Assembly (NCBI GenBank): GCA_963845755.1
Contig: CAWJTV010000020.1
Location: forward strand, 512,001 to 576,000
Direction: 5' to 3'
Length of the DNA: 64,000 bases
Source: an uncultured Planctomycetota bacterium
Lineage (GTDB): Bacteria > Planctomycetota > Planctomycetia > Isosphaerales > Isosphaeraceae
Under the pieces are notes generated by a model, which saw nothing but the letters and a program-made list of their open reading frames with translations, was not told where the DNA came from and ran no database searches. Shown piece after piece: positions 50,679 to 62,054 of this stretch. Position numbers and translations under genes: made by a program. The stretch's first letter is position 1; the number at the start of each line of letters is the position of its first letter.

Positions 50679-52322
50679 TCAAAGCTCTGCGAGTACGCGA
50701 TGAGCGCAAGTGACCGCCAGGGCCCCGTCCCCGACAGCAAATGCGACCCGTTTGGTCGTACCGCTACGGACGTCGCCGGCGGCGAAGACCCCCGGGCACG
50801 TGGTCTCGACCGTGCAGGGCTCGCGGTCGCTCAACGGCCAGCGGTCGGATTTCGCGGCATCGGCCCCCGTGAGGATGAAGCCCTTGGGATCGACCGCGAT
50901 GCTCGGTGGCATCCAGCCGGTCCTGGGCTGCGCGCCGATGAAGACGAAGACCGCCGAGCAATCGAGGTCGCGAGAACTCCCGTCCCGAACGTCGCGGAGC
51001 CGGAGCCCCGTGATCGTGCGGTCGCCCTCGACGGCGTCAACCTCGACATGACGGAGAACCTCGATTTTCGGGTGACGCTCGATACGGCGGGCGAGGTAGG
51101 CGGACATGCTCTTCCGCAGGTCACCCCCTCGCAGTAGCAGCGTGGCGCCGGTGGTGTGCTCGGCGAGGAACATCACCGCCTGGCCCGCCGAGTTGCCGCC
51201 TCCCACTACGGCCGCACGGCCGCTCCGGCACGAGCGCGCGTGCACCGAGGTGCAGGAATAGAAGATCCCCGCCCCATCCCAGCGCTCACACCCTGCGACA
51301 GGGAGACGTTGGTAGCTGGCGCCGGTGGCGATGAGGACAGTCCGGCCGCGTACAACCTGTCCGTCGTCGAGGACGAGCCGGTGCATTCGGTCCTCGCAAG
51401 TCATGGAGCGAACCTCGACCGGCGCCACGAGCTCGGCCCCGAACTTGAGGGCCTGGAGATAACCTCGGTTGGCCAGCTCCGCCCCGGTCAGTCCGGCAGG
51501 GAATCCCATGTAGTTCTCGATCCGAGAGCTGGTCCCCGCTTGACCACCCGGGCCGAACCGGTCGAGAACGATGGTGGCAAGCCCCTCCGAGGCACCGTAG
51601 ACGGCCGCGGCGAGACCTGCCGGACCGGCGCCGACAATCACCAGGTCGAACGGCTCGGTGCGGATCTGGCGCTTCAGCCCGAGACACTCGGCCAACCGCG
51701 TGACCGTGGGACGTGGCGAGCGCGTGCCCCGGTTGCAGGTGACGAACGGCAGTTGGTCCGGGCCGACCCCCAGCGATTGCAGAGCGGCTCGTCCCTCCGC
51801 GTCGTCGGCGTCAATCCAGGTATGCGGCACCTTGTTCTTGTCGAAGAACTCGCGGATGACCGTCACGTCCGGATCGCCCAGATGCCCGAAGAGGCGTACT
51901 CCGACGAACCCGGAGCGTTCCAACATAATCCGGCGCGTCTGGAATGCCTCGAGAAGCTTGTCGCTGAGGTCGGGGATCTCCTGGATCACCTGGCGCAGCT
52001 CGGCCTGGCTAACGCAGTAAGCCCGGCAAGCACCCCGGGCATAGGCCGAGATGACGGCGGGGCGGTCAGTCAACAGCGAGACATCCCCGGTGAACTCGCG
52101 CGGGCCGTGAACGACGATGGTCCTCGGCTCGGCGTTCGATTCGTCGACGATCGCGATCTCACCCGACTCGACGACGTAGAACGGCAGGCCGCGTTGCCCG
52201 GCCAGGAAGATGGCTTCGCCATCTTCGAACGAGCAGACCTTTGACAGGCCGGCCAGGCAATCGATCTCGGCCTCGCTGAGTGTCGGAAATGCGAGGTGAT
52301 GCTCGTAATCGACGATCAACAT
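50679..52322 (-). CDS. cNMP-binding-domain FAD-dependent oxidoreductase (thioredoxin reductase-like)
   Basis: cNMP domain (FYVVESGEI..FTGDVSLL); IVGAGPAGLAAAVY; GGQAGTSSRIENYMGFP; GGGNSAGQA; FAAGDVR..KRVAFAVGDG. Confidence 0.92.
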   Translation of the reverse strand: MLIVDYEHHLAFPTLSEAEIDCLAGLSKVCSFEDGEAIFLAGQRGLPFYVVESGEIAIVDESNAEPRTIVVHGPREFTGDVSLLTDRPAVISAYARGACRAYCVSQAELRQVIQEIPDLSDKLLEAFQTRRIMLERSGFVGVRLFGHLGDPDVTVIREFFDKNKVPHTWIDADDAEGRAALQSLGVGPDQLPFVTCNRGTRSPRPTVTRLAECLGLKRQIRTEPFDLVIVGAGPAGLAAAVYGASEGLATIVLDRFGPGGQAGTSSRIENYMGFPAGLTGAELANRGYLQALKFGAELVAPVEVRSMTCEDRMHRLVLDDGQVVRGRTVLIATGASYQRLPVAGCERWDGAGIFYSCTSVHARSCRSGRAAVVGGGNSAGQAVMFLAEHTTGATLLLRGGDLRKSMSAYLARRIERHPKIEVLRHVEVDAVEGDRTITGLRLRDVRDGSSRDLDCSAVFVFIGAQPRTGWMPPSIAVDPKGFILTGADAAKSDRWPLSDREPCTVETTCPGVFAAGDVRSGTTKRVAFAVGDGALAVTCAHRVLAEL

Positions 52323-52749
52323 GGTCTCTATCCCTCCCGGGGGTCGGTCCGCCCACCGCATCGCAGCGGCTCCGGCATCTCTGCGATCCTCCTCACTTCC
52401 AGGGTCGGCCGTCAACCCTGGCTCTACTTTCAGTAGTTCGGTCAAGCAAGGCCAAGAGGGAAGAAGGCCGGCGGGGTCAAGTAAATCCTGGTGTTCGACT
52501 CGGTGTGGTGCAACAACGTCCGGTGGGTCGAAGACGGACACGTTGCTCAACTGTCCCGTCGAACCTGCCGCCCGGACGGCGCCGTGAAGCCGCGGGTCCG
52601 TTGCTCACCTCACTTCATTGATTGCTTGCGGCATACGGCCGACTAGTGGACAATAGGACCGCGAGTGTCCGTTGACTGGTGTTGGAACGATCGCACGTCG
52701 GTGCAGGGCCTTCGCATTCCAGTCCCGACTCGCTTCAAGGTGAGCGCTG

Positions 52750-54610
52750 ATGGTGAAGTCACGACCTGACACCGAACAGCCGAGTCTTGATGTCGTCTTG
52801 AAGCGTCATTTCGGCTTCCAGTCATTTCGACCCCTCCAACGAGAGATCATTGAGAGCCTACTGGCCGGCGAAGATGTCCTGGCGCTGCTGCCCACGGGCG
52901 GTGGCAAGTCGTTGTGCTATCAATTGCCCGCGATCGTCAACAACGGGCTCACAGTCGTCATCTCGCCGCTGATCGCTCTCATGAAGGATCAGGTCGACAG
53001 CCTGGAGGAGATCGGCGTACCTGCGACTTTCCTCAATTCGTCGTTGTCTCCCGAGGAGTACCGACGGCGATGGAAGGATCTGGCAGGCCGCCGGTACAAC
53101 ATTCTCTATCTGGCGCCGGAACGCCTCGTAACCGAAGAGATGCTCGCAACCCTCCAAACTTGGGACGTCGGTCTCATCGCCGTGGACGAGGCCCACTGTA
53201 TCTCGGAATGGGGCCATGATTTTCGACCGGAGTATCGCGAACTCGCGGTCCTGCGCCAGAGATTTCCGACCGTGCCACTCGTCGCTCTCACGGCCACCGC
53301 GACCGCCCGCGTTCGGGATGATATCGTCTCTCTCCTTCAGATGAAGCAGCCACGGATTCAGGTCGCGAGCTTCAATCGCCCGAACCTGTCCTACCGCATT
53401 GTTCCGCGCGTATCTCCGCTCAAGCAGGTCGTAGCGATCATCTCCGAGCATCGCGGTGAAAGCGGCATCATCTACTGCATGACCCGCAATCGCACCGAGG
53501 AGCTCGCGGAGGCACTACTCCAGGAGGGTGTGGCCGCGCGTGCGTATCACGCAGGACTCGATTCGAAAGAGCGCGATCGACGACAGGATCTCTTCATCCA
53601 GGACAAGATCGAAGTCATCGTCGCGACCATCGCGTTCGGCATGGGCGTCCACAAGCCGGATGTACGATTCGTCATCCACCATGATCTGCCCAAGAATATC
53701 GAGAGTTACTATCAGGAGTCGGGCCGGGCCGGACGGGACGGCCTGCCCAGTGAATGCGTCCTACTTTACAGTCGATCCGATTCTGCGAGGCTGCATGGTC
53801 TGATCGATAGTATCACGAATGAGCAAGAACAAACGGTCGCTCGCAGACACCTCGTGAAGCTCATCGAGTTTTGCGAGAGCGCCCAGTGCCGTCGCGTCCA
53901 GCTCCTCCAGTATTTCGGGGAAACCTACCAAGGGGGAGGTGGAGAACCACTCGTCGCATGCGGGGCCTGCGACAACTGCCTCACGCCACGTGAACGAATC
54001 GACGGCACGGTCGAGGCGCAAAAAGATCCTCTCCTGTATCTATCGAATTCAGCAGAAGAGCGGTTTTCATGTCGGCCTTCACCATGTCGTGGACGTTCTC
54101 TGCGGCGCGGATACCGAGAAGGTTCGAAAATGGGGGCATCAAACGCTCTCGACCTACGGCATCGGCACCGAGCATTCGCGGTACGAGTGGGCCCATTTTA
54201 CCAGGGAGCTGCTGCGACTCGGCTTACTGCGACAAGACGCGGAGCGATTCAATGTCCTGGAGACCACGTCGGCCGGCCGGGAGTTCCTCAAGAACCGAGC
54301 ACACCTCGAGGTGAACAAGCCGCTCGTGACGGGACGCTTGAGTCGCGAGAAGCGAGAGCAACAAAAGAAGATGACAGGAGCGGTCGTGTATGATCAATCG
54401 CTCTTCGACCGTCTGCGCGAGTGGCGCAAGACCATCGCGACCGAGCGCGGGGTGCCCGCGTATGTGATCTTCCACGATTCCACGCTTCAAGCGATCGCGC
54501 ATGAGAAACCCACAAATCTCGGTGGACTTTCGAGGATCGCGGGTCTTGGTGAACGGAAGCTCGCGCAGTATGGAGAGCAGATTCTGACCGTGATTAGTGC
54601 TCCAGGATAA
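52750..54610 (+). CDS. recQ: ATP-dependent DNA helicase RecQ; frameshift ~54020 in an A-run
   Basis: PTGGGKSLCYQLP; VDEAHCISEWGHDFRP; ATIAFGMG; YYQESGRAGRDG; CRR..CGACDNC; RQC and HRDC domains in ORF 53939. Confidence 0.95.
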
Positions 54611-54836
54611 CGATACTGCCCCTCCTATGACCAGCAAGATTCGAAGGTCGCAAGTACTCAAGTCAAATCCTTGGCGGAACTTACGAGCATATCCCAGAAA
54701 AATCGCCGAGCCTGTCGATTTCACGGCCCTTCGGTTAACGTCTCAGTAGAGCGAGCCCAACCTCGGCGGGTCGGGGCACTCAGGAAACCCAGTTCTGGCT
54801 CCGAAACCAGACGGATCCTCGAACTCAATAGGAGAT

Positions 54837-55271
54837 ATGACGATGCGATTCATGATGCTGATGATTCCCAAGGGGTATGAGAATGCCGTGCTGGGCACGA
54901 TGCCGGACGCGTCGGACGTCGGTAGGATGATGAAGTACAACGAATCCCTGCAGAAGGCCGGCGTGCTGCTGGCGCTTGATGGGCTCCATCCGCCGTCGAT
55001 GGGGGTTCGGGTCTCGTTCGCGGGTGGGAAGGCGAAGGTGACCGACGGTCCGTTCGCCGAGGCGAAGGAGGTGATCGGCGGTTACTGGATGATTCAAGTG
55101 AAGTCGAAGGAGGAGGCGATCGAATGGGCATCTCGCTGCCCCGCACGTGACGACGAAATGATCGAGCTTCGCCAGGTGATGGAATTCTCGGAGTTCCCTG
55201 CCGATGTTCAGGGGGCCGCGGCCGGATTCCCGGAATTACAGGGACAACCCAGACAGCGCGAAGGGTCGTGA
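54837..55271 (+). CDS. YciI / DGPF-domain protein
   Basis: VTDGPFAEAKEVIGGYWMI. Confidence 0.93.
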   Translation: MTMRFMMLMIPKGYENAVLGTMPDASDVGRMMKYNESLQKAGVLLALDGLHPPSMGVRVSFAGGKAKVTDGPFAEAKEVIGGYWMIQVKSKEEAIEWASRCPARDDEMIELRQVMEFSEFPADVQGAAAGFPELQGQPRQREGS

Positions 55272-55333
55272 CACACGAATCGCGGCACAACCTGGCTTGC
55301 ACCGACGGAGAGAAGATGGTCTGATCGATCGCC

Positions 55334-56620
55334 ATGACGGCTTCCGATACCCATCGTGCGATCGACGTCGTCTGGAGGATCGAGGCGGCGAAGCTCATCG
55401 CCAGACTCGCCCGGATTGTACGCGACGTCGGTCTGGCCGAGGATCTCGCGCAGGATGCGCTCGTCGCGGCGCTAGAGCAATGGCCGGAGACGGGCGTCCC
55501 CAACAATCCGGGCGCCTGGCTCATGGCCACCGCGAAGCATCGCGCGATCGATTACCTGCGCGAGACGAGCGCCGGGATCGCAAGTACGAGGAACTCGGTC
55601 GCGACCTGGCGACCCAGCAGAGATTGGCCGCGCCGGATATCGACGCCGCACTCGACGACGAGATCGGCGATGACCTGCTGCGCCTCATGTTCACATGCTG
55701 CCATCCGGTCCTTGCCACAGAGGTTCGCGTGGCGCTGACGCTCCGGTTGTTGGGCGGGTTGACGACCTCGGAGATTGCACGGGCGTTCCTGATCTCAGAG
55801 CCGACGGTCGCCCAACGTATCGTCCGGGCGAAGCGGATTCTGGCCGAAAAGGAAGTTCCCTTCGAGGTCCCCCGCGGGACCGAGCTGGTCGAACCGCCTG
55901 TCCTCGGTGCTCGAGGTGATTTATCTCGTGTTCAACGAGGGATACACGGCGACTGCCGGAGGCGACTGGTTGCGGCCCGCTCTCTGCGAGGATGCTCTGC
56001 GGCTCGGCCGAATCCTGGCCGGGCTCGCACCGCAGGAGCCGGAGGTCCACGGTCTGGTCGCACTGATGGAGATCCAAGCGTCGCGCTCGCGGGCGCGTGT
56101 CGGCCCGTCGGGCGAGCCAATCCTGCTCCTCGACCAGAACCGAGCCCTTTGGGATCAACTCCTCATCGGTCGCGGTCTGGCCGCTCTCGAGCGCACCGAG
56201 CAACTGGGAAATACGCGCGGCCGCTACGTCCTACAAGCCGCGATTGCCGCGAATCACGCACGAGCTCTCACCCCGGAGGATACAGACTGGCCGCGAATTG
56301 CGGCACTCTACGCCGAGCTCGGCCATCTCTCGCCATCTCCGGTGGTGGAGCTGAACCGTGCGGTGGCCGTCGCCATGGCCTACGGTCCACGAGCTGGCCT
56401 CGAGGTCCTCGATGCGCTGAACTCGGAGCCGTCTCTTCAGGATTACCACCTCTTGCCCAGTGTGCGCGGTGACCTCCTCGCCAAACTCGGATGCTTCGAC
56501 GGAGCCCGTGCCGAGTTTGAGCACGCGGCTTCCTTGACCCGCAATGCACGCGAGCGCAAGTTGCTCCTGGAGCGCGCACGAACGTGCGACGGCACCTCGA
56601 CACTCCCCGAGTCGCCGTGA
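55334..56620 (+). CDS. ECF RNA polymerase sigma factor with C-terminal TPR extension (ECF42-type); frameshifts ~55563 and ~55895
   Basis: AEDLAQDAL..ALEQWP..GVP.NPGAWL; DDLLRLMFTCCHP; AQRIVRAK; IYLVFNEGY; LQAAIAA.H; lies downstream of the DGPF gene. Confidence 0.9.
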
Positions 56621-56830
56621 CGAGAATGGCGCGAGTCGAGTACAGGGGCGACTTTATCAGTACGCAGATTTTTCGCCGCTTCTCTGAAAAAAAATCCTTC
56701 CCGCGCGTCGGATCGCTCATGCCTCACGTGGCCGGAGGCGCGAGACCAGCCTCTCGTAGACTTCCATGAGGGAGTCCGGTGATGTCCAGAGCGACACTCG
56801 AGATACGAGTGCCAGTGATGGGGAGACACC

Positions 56831-57827
56831 TTAGCAGGTCGGACGGCACTCGACGACAAAGCGGCCCGACGGTTGCCGCCCGACGGCGTGAACCTTCAGG
56901 CCGGCTTCGCGAGCCAGCTCGCGGAACTCCGATAGGCTCCGGTTCTTCCCGCCCACCAAGACCAGCATGAGAAGTTCCGGCGAAGGGCTCCCATCCGCGT
57001 CCGGTGAGACGCCGCCGAGAACCACAACGCGCCCGTCGGGTCCTGCCGCCTCGGCGCAGCGCGAGAGGAGAATCCTCGCCTCGCGATCGGGCCAGTCGGC
57101 GAGCACGTTCTTCAGCAGATACAGATCGGCCCCTTCCGGCAGGGGGTCGAAGAAGCTCTGGCCCGCTGCGGTCACACGAGCGGCAACTCCCGCGGCCTGA
57201 AACGTCTCGGCCGATCGAGCCACCGTCGAACGGGAGATCGACCAGCGTGCCCCGAACAGTGGGGTGGGCTCGAAGGATCTCGGCCAGCAGGGAGCCCGTG
57301 CCACCGCCAACGTCGATCACGCTGCTCACCGATTCCCAGTCTCCGGCGAGCAGCACCTCCGGATCGGGGGTGCCGTGACCGGCCGGTCCCATTAATGCGT
57401 CGAAGCTGGCGGCGATCTTGGGATGGGCCTGGAGATCCTCCCAGAACGGGCGGCCGAAGACCTTGTCATAGGCCGGCGCGCCGGTCCTCACAGCATCCAG
57501 CAGGCTACCCCACGCGTACGCCATTCGACCGCCAATACCTTCGAGATCGAGACCAAGACCCATTGCCGAGTGCCGGAGCAGTTTGGCAGGCTCGTTCAAT
57601 GCGAAGCGGGCGGGCGCAGGTTCTAAGAATAAACCTTTGCTAACAAGATGTCTCAACACCCTTCGCAGCGAGTTGGCGTCGGCGCCCGCCGCGGCTGCCA
57701 GGTCCTCGATCTGGTCGATCCCGGCGTCCAGTTTGTCGGCAATCCGAAGAGTTGCGACGACATGAACGCACCACGGAGTGCAGAGATCGATCAGCCCCCA
57801 GATGTCGGGGAGATCCTCCTTGGACAT
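56831..57827 (-). CDS. SAM-dependent O-methyltransferase (Methyltransf_2); frameshift ~57232
   Basis: IDVGGGTG; SFFDPLP..ADLYLLKNVL.DWPD; LVGGKNRS. Confidence 0.88.
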
Positions 57828-57853
57828 TCGTATCTCTCCTCTCCGCGGCCAGC

Positions 57854-58149
57854 CTAGCCGCCGGCGATCGCCCCGATGACCAGAAAGGGCTCCTCTCCCG
57901 ACGCGATGGCGTCAGGGAGCGGGGCATCCGGTGGCTCGAGGGACAGGTCCTGTTCGCAGGCGAAGAAGCGCAAGAACGCTCGACGCCGGTGTGTGGCATG
58001 ATCGCGGATTGTCCCGCGCAGCATCGGATACCGGGCCTCGAGTTCGTCGAGTACCGAGCTCTGAGTGACCGAACCCTCGACGTGCAACTCCACCTCGCCC
58101 TCGACGCGCGCAGCATCCGCAGATGAAACGGGAGCACTACTCGGATCAT
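57854..58149 (-). CDS. MoaD/ThiS ubiquitin-like protein; frameshift ~58110
   Basis: [11 protein letters not shown]..; [25 protein letters not shown]-terminal IGAIAGG. Confidence 0.85.
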
Positions 58150-59261
58150 GACAACGTCTGCACCTCGACCGAGAGGACAGCCGGAAGGTCGCGTACGATG
58201 GGAGCCCAACTGTCTCCTCCATTCGCGGATGCGTACACCTGTCCGCCCGTGGTTCCGAAGTACACGCCGCACGAATCGAGCGAATCCACGGCCATGGCGT
58301 CGCGCAGCACGTTGACGTAGCAGTCGCGTTGCGGCAGGCCGTCGGTGAGCGGTTCCCAGTCGTTCCCGCCCGTCCGGCTCCGGTACACGCGCAGCTTCCC
58401 ATCGGGCGGGAAGTGCTCGGAGTCGCTCTTGATCGGGACGACAAAGACCGTGTCCGGCTCGTGGGCATGAACATCGATCGGGAACCCGAAATCGGTCGGC
58501 AAGTTCCCGCTGACCTCGTGCCACGATTCGCCGGCATCGTCGCTGCGCATCACGTCCCAGTGCTTCTGCATGAACAACACGTTCGGGCGCGATGCGTGCT
58601 TGGCGATCCGGTGGACGCAGTGGCCAACCTCCGCATTCGGGTCGGGGATGTACTGCGAATGCAGGCCGCGGTTCATCGGCCGCCATGTCGATCCGCCGTC
58701 GTCGGTCCGAAACACGCCCGCAGCCGAGATCGCGACGAACATCCGGTCGGGATCGGTTGGATCCAGGAGGATCGTGTGGACGCCCATACCCCCCGCGCCC
58801 GGCGACCATCGGGGCCCGGACTCGTGCCCGCGTAATCCCGTAAGCTCCTGCCAGGTGCGGCCGCCGTCCGACGAACGGAACAGTGCGGCGTCCTCCACGC
58901 CGGCGTAGACGGTCTCCGGTTCGGTGAGCGACGGTTCAAGATGCCAGACTCGCTTGAACTCCCAGGGGTGCTGCGTGCCGTCGTACCACTGGTGAGTGCC
59001 CGGGACTCCGTCGTACTTGAACTCGTTGCCGACCGGCTCCCACGTCTTGCCCCCGTCATCGGAGCGCTGGATCAACTGCCCGAACCAACCGCTGCACTGC
59101 GATGCATACAATCGGTTTGCGTCGGCAGGCGAGCCCTTGACGTGGTAGATCTCCCAGCCCGCGAAATGCGGTCCGTTGATCTCCCACTCCTGGCGCTTCC
59201 CGTCCGATGTCAGGACGAACGCACCCTTCCGTGTGCCAACCAGGACTCGAACTGCGCTCAT
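58146..59261 (-). CDS. BNR/Asp-box beta-propeller (sialidase-like) protein
   Basis: LVGTRKG; repeated SxDGGxTW boxes; GHCVH; MQKH; YFGTTGG. Confidence 0.9.
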   Translation of the reverse strand: MSAVRVLVGTRKGAFVLTSDGKRQEWEINGPHFAGWEIYHVKGSPADANRLYASQCSGWFGQLIQRSDDGGKTWEPVGNEFKYDGVPGTHQWYDGTQHPWEFKRVWHLEPSLTEPETVYAGVEDAALFRSSDGGRTWQELTGLRGHESGPRWSPGAGGMGVHTILLDPTDPDRMFVAISAAGVFRTDDGGSTWRPMNRGLHSQYIPDPNAEVGHCVHRIAKHASRPNVLFMQKHWDVMRSDDAGESWHEVSGNLPTDFGFPIDVHAHEPDTVFVVPIKSDSEHFPPDGKLRVYRSRTGGNDWEPLTDGLPQRDCYVNVLRDAMAVDSLDSCGVYFGTTGGQVYASANGGDSWAPIVRDLPAVLSVEVQTLS

Positions 59262-59580
59262 CGCCTGGACTCCTTTCTCCGTTCGTTCTTGCCACGCTCC
59301 GCCATCACACGCACCCGCTTGATGGCCTGGGCCCAACCTCCGCCGACAGGATCTTGGACGTCCCGTGGAATCGGCCCGAACGCTCGATGCGTGAGCTTGA
59401 GCCGCCTGTCGCCGGCTTCCGCCGTCAGCCAATACCGCACATCACTGACGACTGGCAACGACATGATCTATGGACCGCTGAATTCCATCAGCGCCGGAGG
59501 TTTGATGACCTGGACCTGCCCCCAGAAGTGGACGGCGTGGTTGCCGAGGTCGCTCGGCCATCTCCATCGCCCTGCTCGAT
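59258..59580 (-). pseudogene. SRPBCC-domain gene with N-terminal loss and an in-frame TAG (59468-59470)
   Basis: [41 protein letters not shown]...LKLTHRAFG; follows ArsR as in typical ArsR-SRPBCC pairs. Confidence 0.7.
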
Positions 59581-59612
59581 GACTCCCTGCCGTGTCCGTT
59601 CGGTTCCGTGGA

Positions 59613-59942
59613 TCACTCGGTTGCTTTCTCCTCGGCCCGCTCCTTGATCCTTTCGAGCTGGTGGTCCCAGAACCGCTCGAACGTCCGCACCCAATCGTGG
59701 ATGGGTCTGAGACGTTCCGCATTCAGCCGATAGAACCGGTGGCGACCCGCACCCCGAACACTGACAAGCCCCACCTGTTTGAGGACTCGCAAATGCTTGG
59801 AGACCTGCGGCTGGGCCAGGCCGAGTGTCGCGACCACATCGTTTACCGGTCGCTCGCCTCGGGCGAGCAGGTCGAGGATCTGTCTCCGTCGCGGTTCGGC
59901 CACCGCGTTGAAGGCATCCGAAGTCGTCGGCGAGCGTGCCAT
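59613..59942 (-). CDS. ArsR/SmtB family transcriptional regulator
   Basis: MARSPTTSDAFNAVAEPRRRQILDLL..QPQVSKHLRVL..GLV..FERFW. Confidence 0.93.
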   Translation of the reverse strand: MARSPTTSDAFNAVAEPRRRQILDLLARGERPVNDVVATLGLAQPQVSKHLRVLKQVGLVSVRGAGRHRFYRLNAERLRPIHDWVRTFERFWDHQLERIKERAEEKATE

Positions 59943-60286
59943 GCCGAGAGTATATACCCTAATGGGAATGTGTCGAGCGCAGATAGGTCGCGAAAGGAGT
60001 TTCGGCCTCGGCGGTGTGGGCGTACTCCTGCCGATGGCTTTGTGACGACTACCGCCGAACCCGGCACGAGAGCCAACGGATCTTCGCGACTCGGCCCAAC
60101 TCTTGCAGCGCTCGGGGGAAACGATCAGAATCGGGCTACCGAGGCGTCGGACAAACGAGTGCGTCATCCGCGAATTGCACGAGGACGGCGTGCATATCTG
60201 AACGTCAAATGGCAGCCAAGTCTTCAGCTCGACGGGGTTGGAAGTCACCCAAGATACCGCAAACTTGAGAAGGTGAGAATACAACC

Positions 60287-62006
60287 ATGTTTAATAGGAT
60301 TAGGATTCAGCTATCCGTAGTGATGTTTGGAATTGCGGCGGGGGTCACGGCCGCTGCCGAGCCGGTCAAGCTGGCCGGGACTGCCCGGTTCGACCTGTCT
60401 GCCGACGAGCACACGGGGACGATCGAGGAGGGGCGGTTCCTCGAGGGCGATGGGTCGTTGGCCCGGATGAACTGGCTGGCCGCGGCCGAGCAGCCACGAG
60501 CGTACACGGCGAGCTTTCCGGTCACCTACCGGGGCTGGCGGACTGCGGCGGTGCGGTTCACGCCGCGCGCAGTGGTACCGTCCGGTTGACCTTGATGGGG
60601 CCATGGGAGGAAGCGTTCCGAGGAGTGCTCTACCGTCAGGAAGTCCTGTGGGATGACGTCCGGATCGAAGGAGCGGAGCTGCGGGACGGCGGATTCGAAT
60701 CCGCGAGGGGGACGGCCGCTCCCAACTGGCAGAACGGTGGCGGGGCCATCGTCGCGCAAGACTCGAGCGTACCAGCCGTTGAGGGTACGCACTATGCCCG
60801 TACCTGGCATAACCAGACGCTCTTTACGTCGATCCGCGTGACCGGCAACCGCCCGGTGACGATCCGGATCAGCGCCGCGCCGTTCGTCCGGACGACCTCC
60901 GCGAGATGAAGCGGATTGCCAGCCGCGCAACCGCCGCGCATCGGGCCGCGAAACGATTCCTCCGTGGCGCGAACCTGGGCAATGGACTGGAGGCGCCTCC
61001 AGGGCAAGACTGGGGCGTCCATTATACCCCCGCTGACGTCCGGCAGATTCGCGCCGAAGGTTTCGACCATGTGCGCATCCCCATCGGATGGCATCACTAC
61101 ACCGGACCGGGTCCCGACTTCCGGTTGAAGCCCGAGATTTTCGCCCGCGCCGACGAGTTGGTCCAGGCCGGGCTCCGCCAGGGACTGGGCGTCATCATCA
61201 ACATCCATCACTTCGACGATTTCACCACCGACCCCAAAGGCCAGACGGCTCGGTTCCTGGCCATCTGGAGGCAGATCGCCGTGCATTATGCCAAGGCGCC
61301 CGAGCCAATGGCCTTCGAGCTGCTGAATGAGCCCAAGGACGCCGCCACGACCGATGCGATCAACCCGATCTTCGCCGAGGCCATTCACCGTATCCGTGCC
61401 CTCTCCCCGAATCGCACGATTTTCGTCGGGCCGGGCAAGTGGAATAGCGTCAGTGAGCTCCCTCAATTGTTGCTGCCGGATGATGACCAGAACTTGATCG
61501 TCACCGTCCACAACTACGACCCGTTCTTCTTCACACACCAAGGCGCGACCTGGGCGGGTCCCGATACCAAGGTGACCGGCATTCGATTCCCCGGGCCACC
61601 CAGCCGTCGTCTGGTTCCCGACCCGCATCTCAATCTGAGTCGTGGAGTACTCGACTGGATCGAGCGATACAACACGGAGCCCGTCGCGACCAATCCGAGC
61701 AGCCCACTTGCCTTCCAGGTCGCGATCGATCAGGCCCGAGAATGGTCCGAATACTTCGGCCGGCCTATCCACTTCGGCGAGTTCGGCTGCTTTACCAAGG
61801 CCGACCCGGCCTCGCGCGCCCACTACTATCGCGCCTTCCGCAAGGCCGCCGAACGCGCCGGCGCGGGCTGGGCCATCTGGGACTGGAAGGCCGGGTTCCG
61901 CTACTGGGACGAGAAAGCCCATCGGCCCGAGTCGGGAATGCGCGAGGCGCTGTTCGATGCGGACTTGTCGCGGCCCGCTTCAACTCCGAGGAGCACTTCG
62001 CGTTGA
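60287..62006 (+). CDS. GH5 glycoside hydrolase with N-terminal carbohydrate-binding-like domain; frameshifts ~60570 and ~60880
   Basis: RGANLGN; GFDHVRIP; IINIHH; FELLNEP; VHNYDPF.FTHQGA; GEFG; WAIWD. Confidence 0.9.
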
Positions 62007-62054
62007 AGCATCGATCCGCAAACGCAATCTCGCCCTCGTCGGAGTTCGTAGCAG

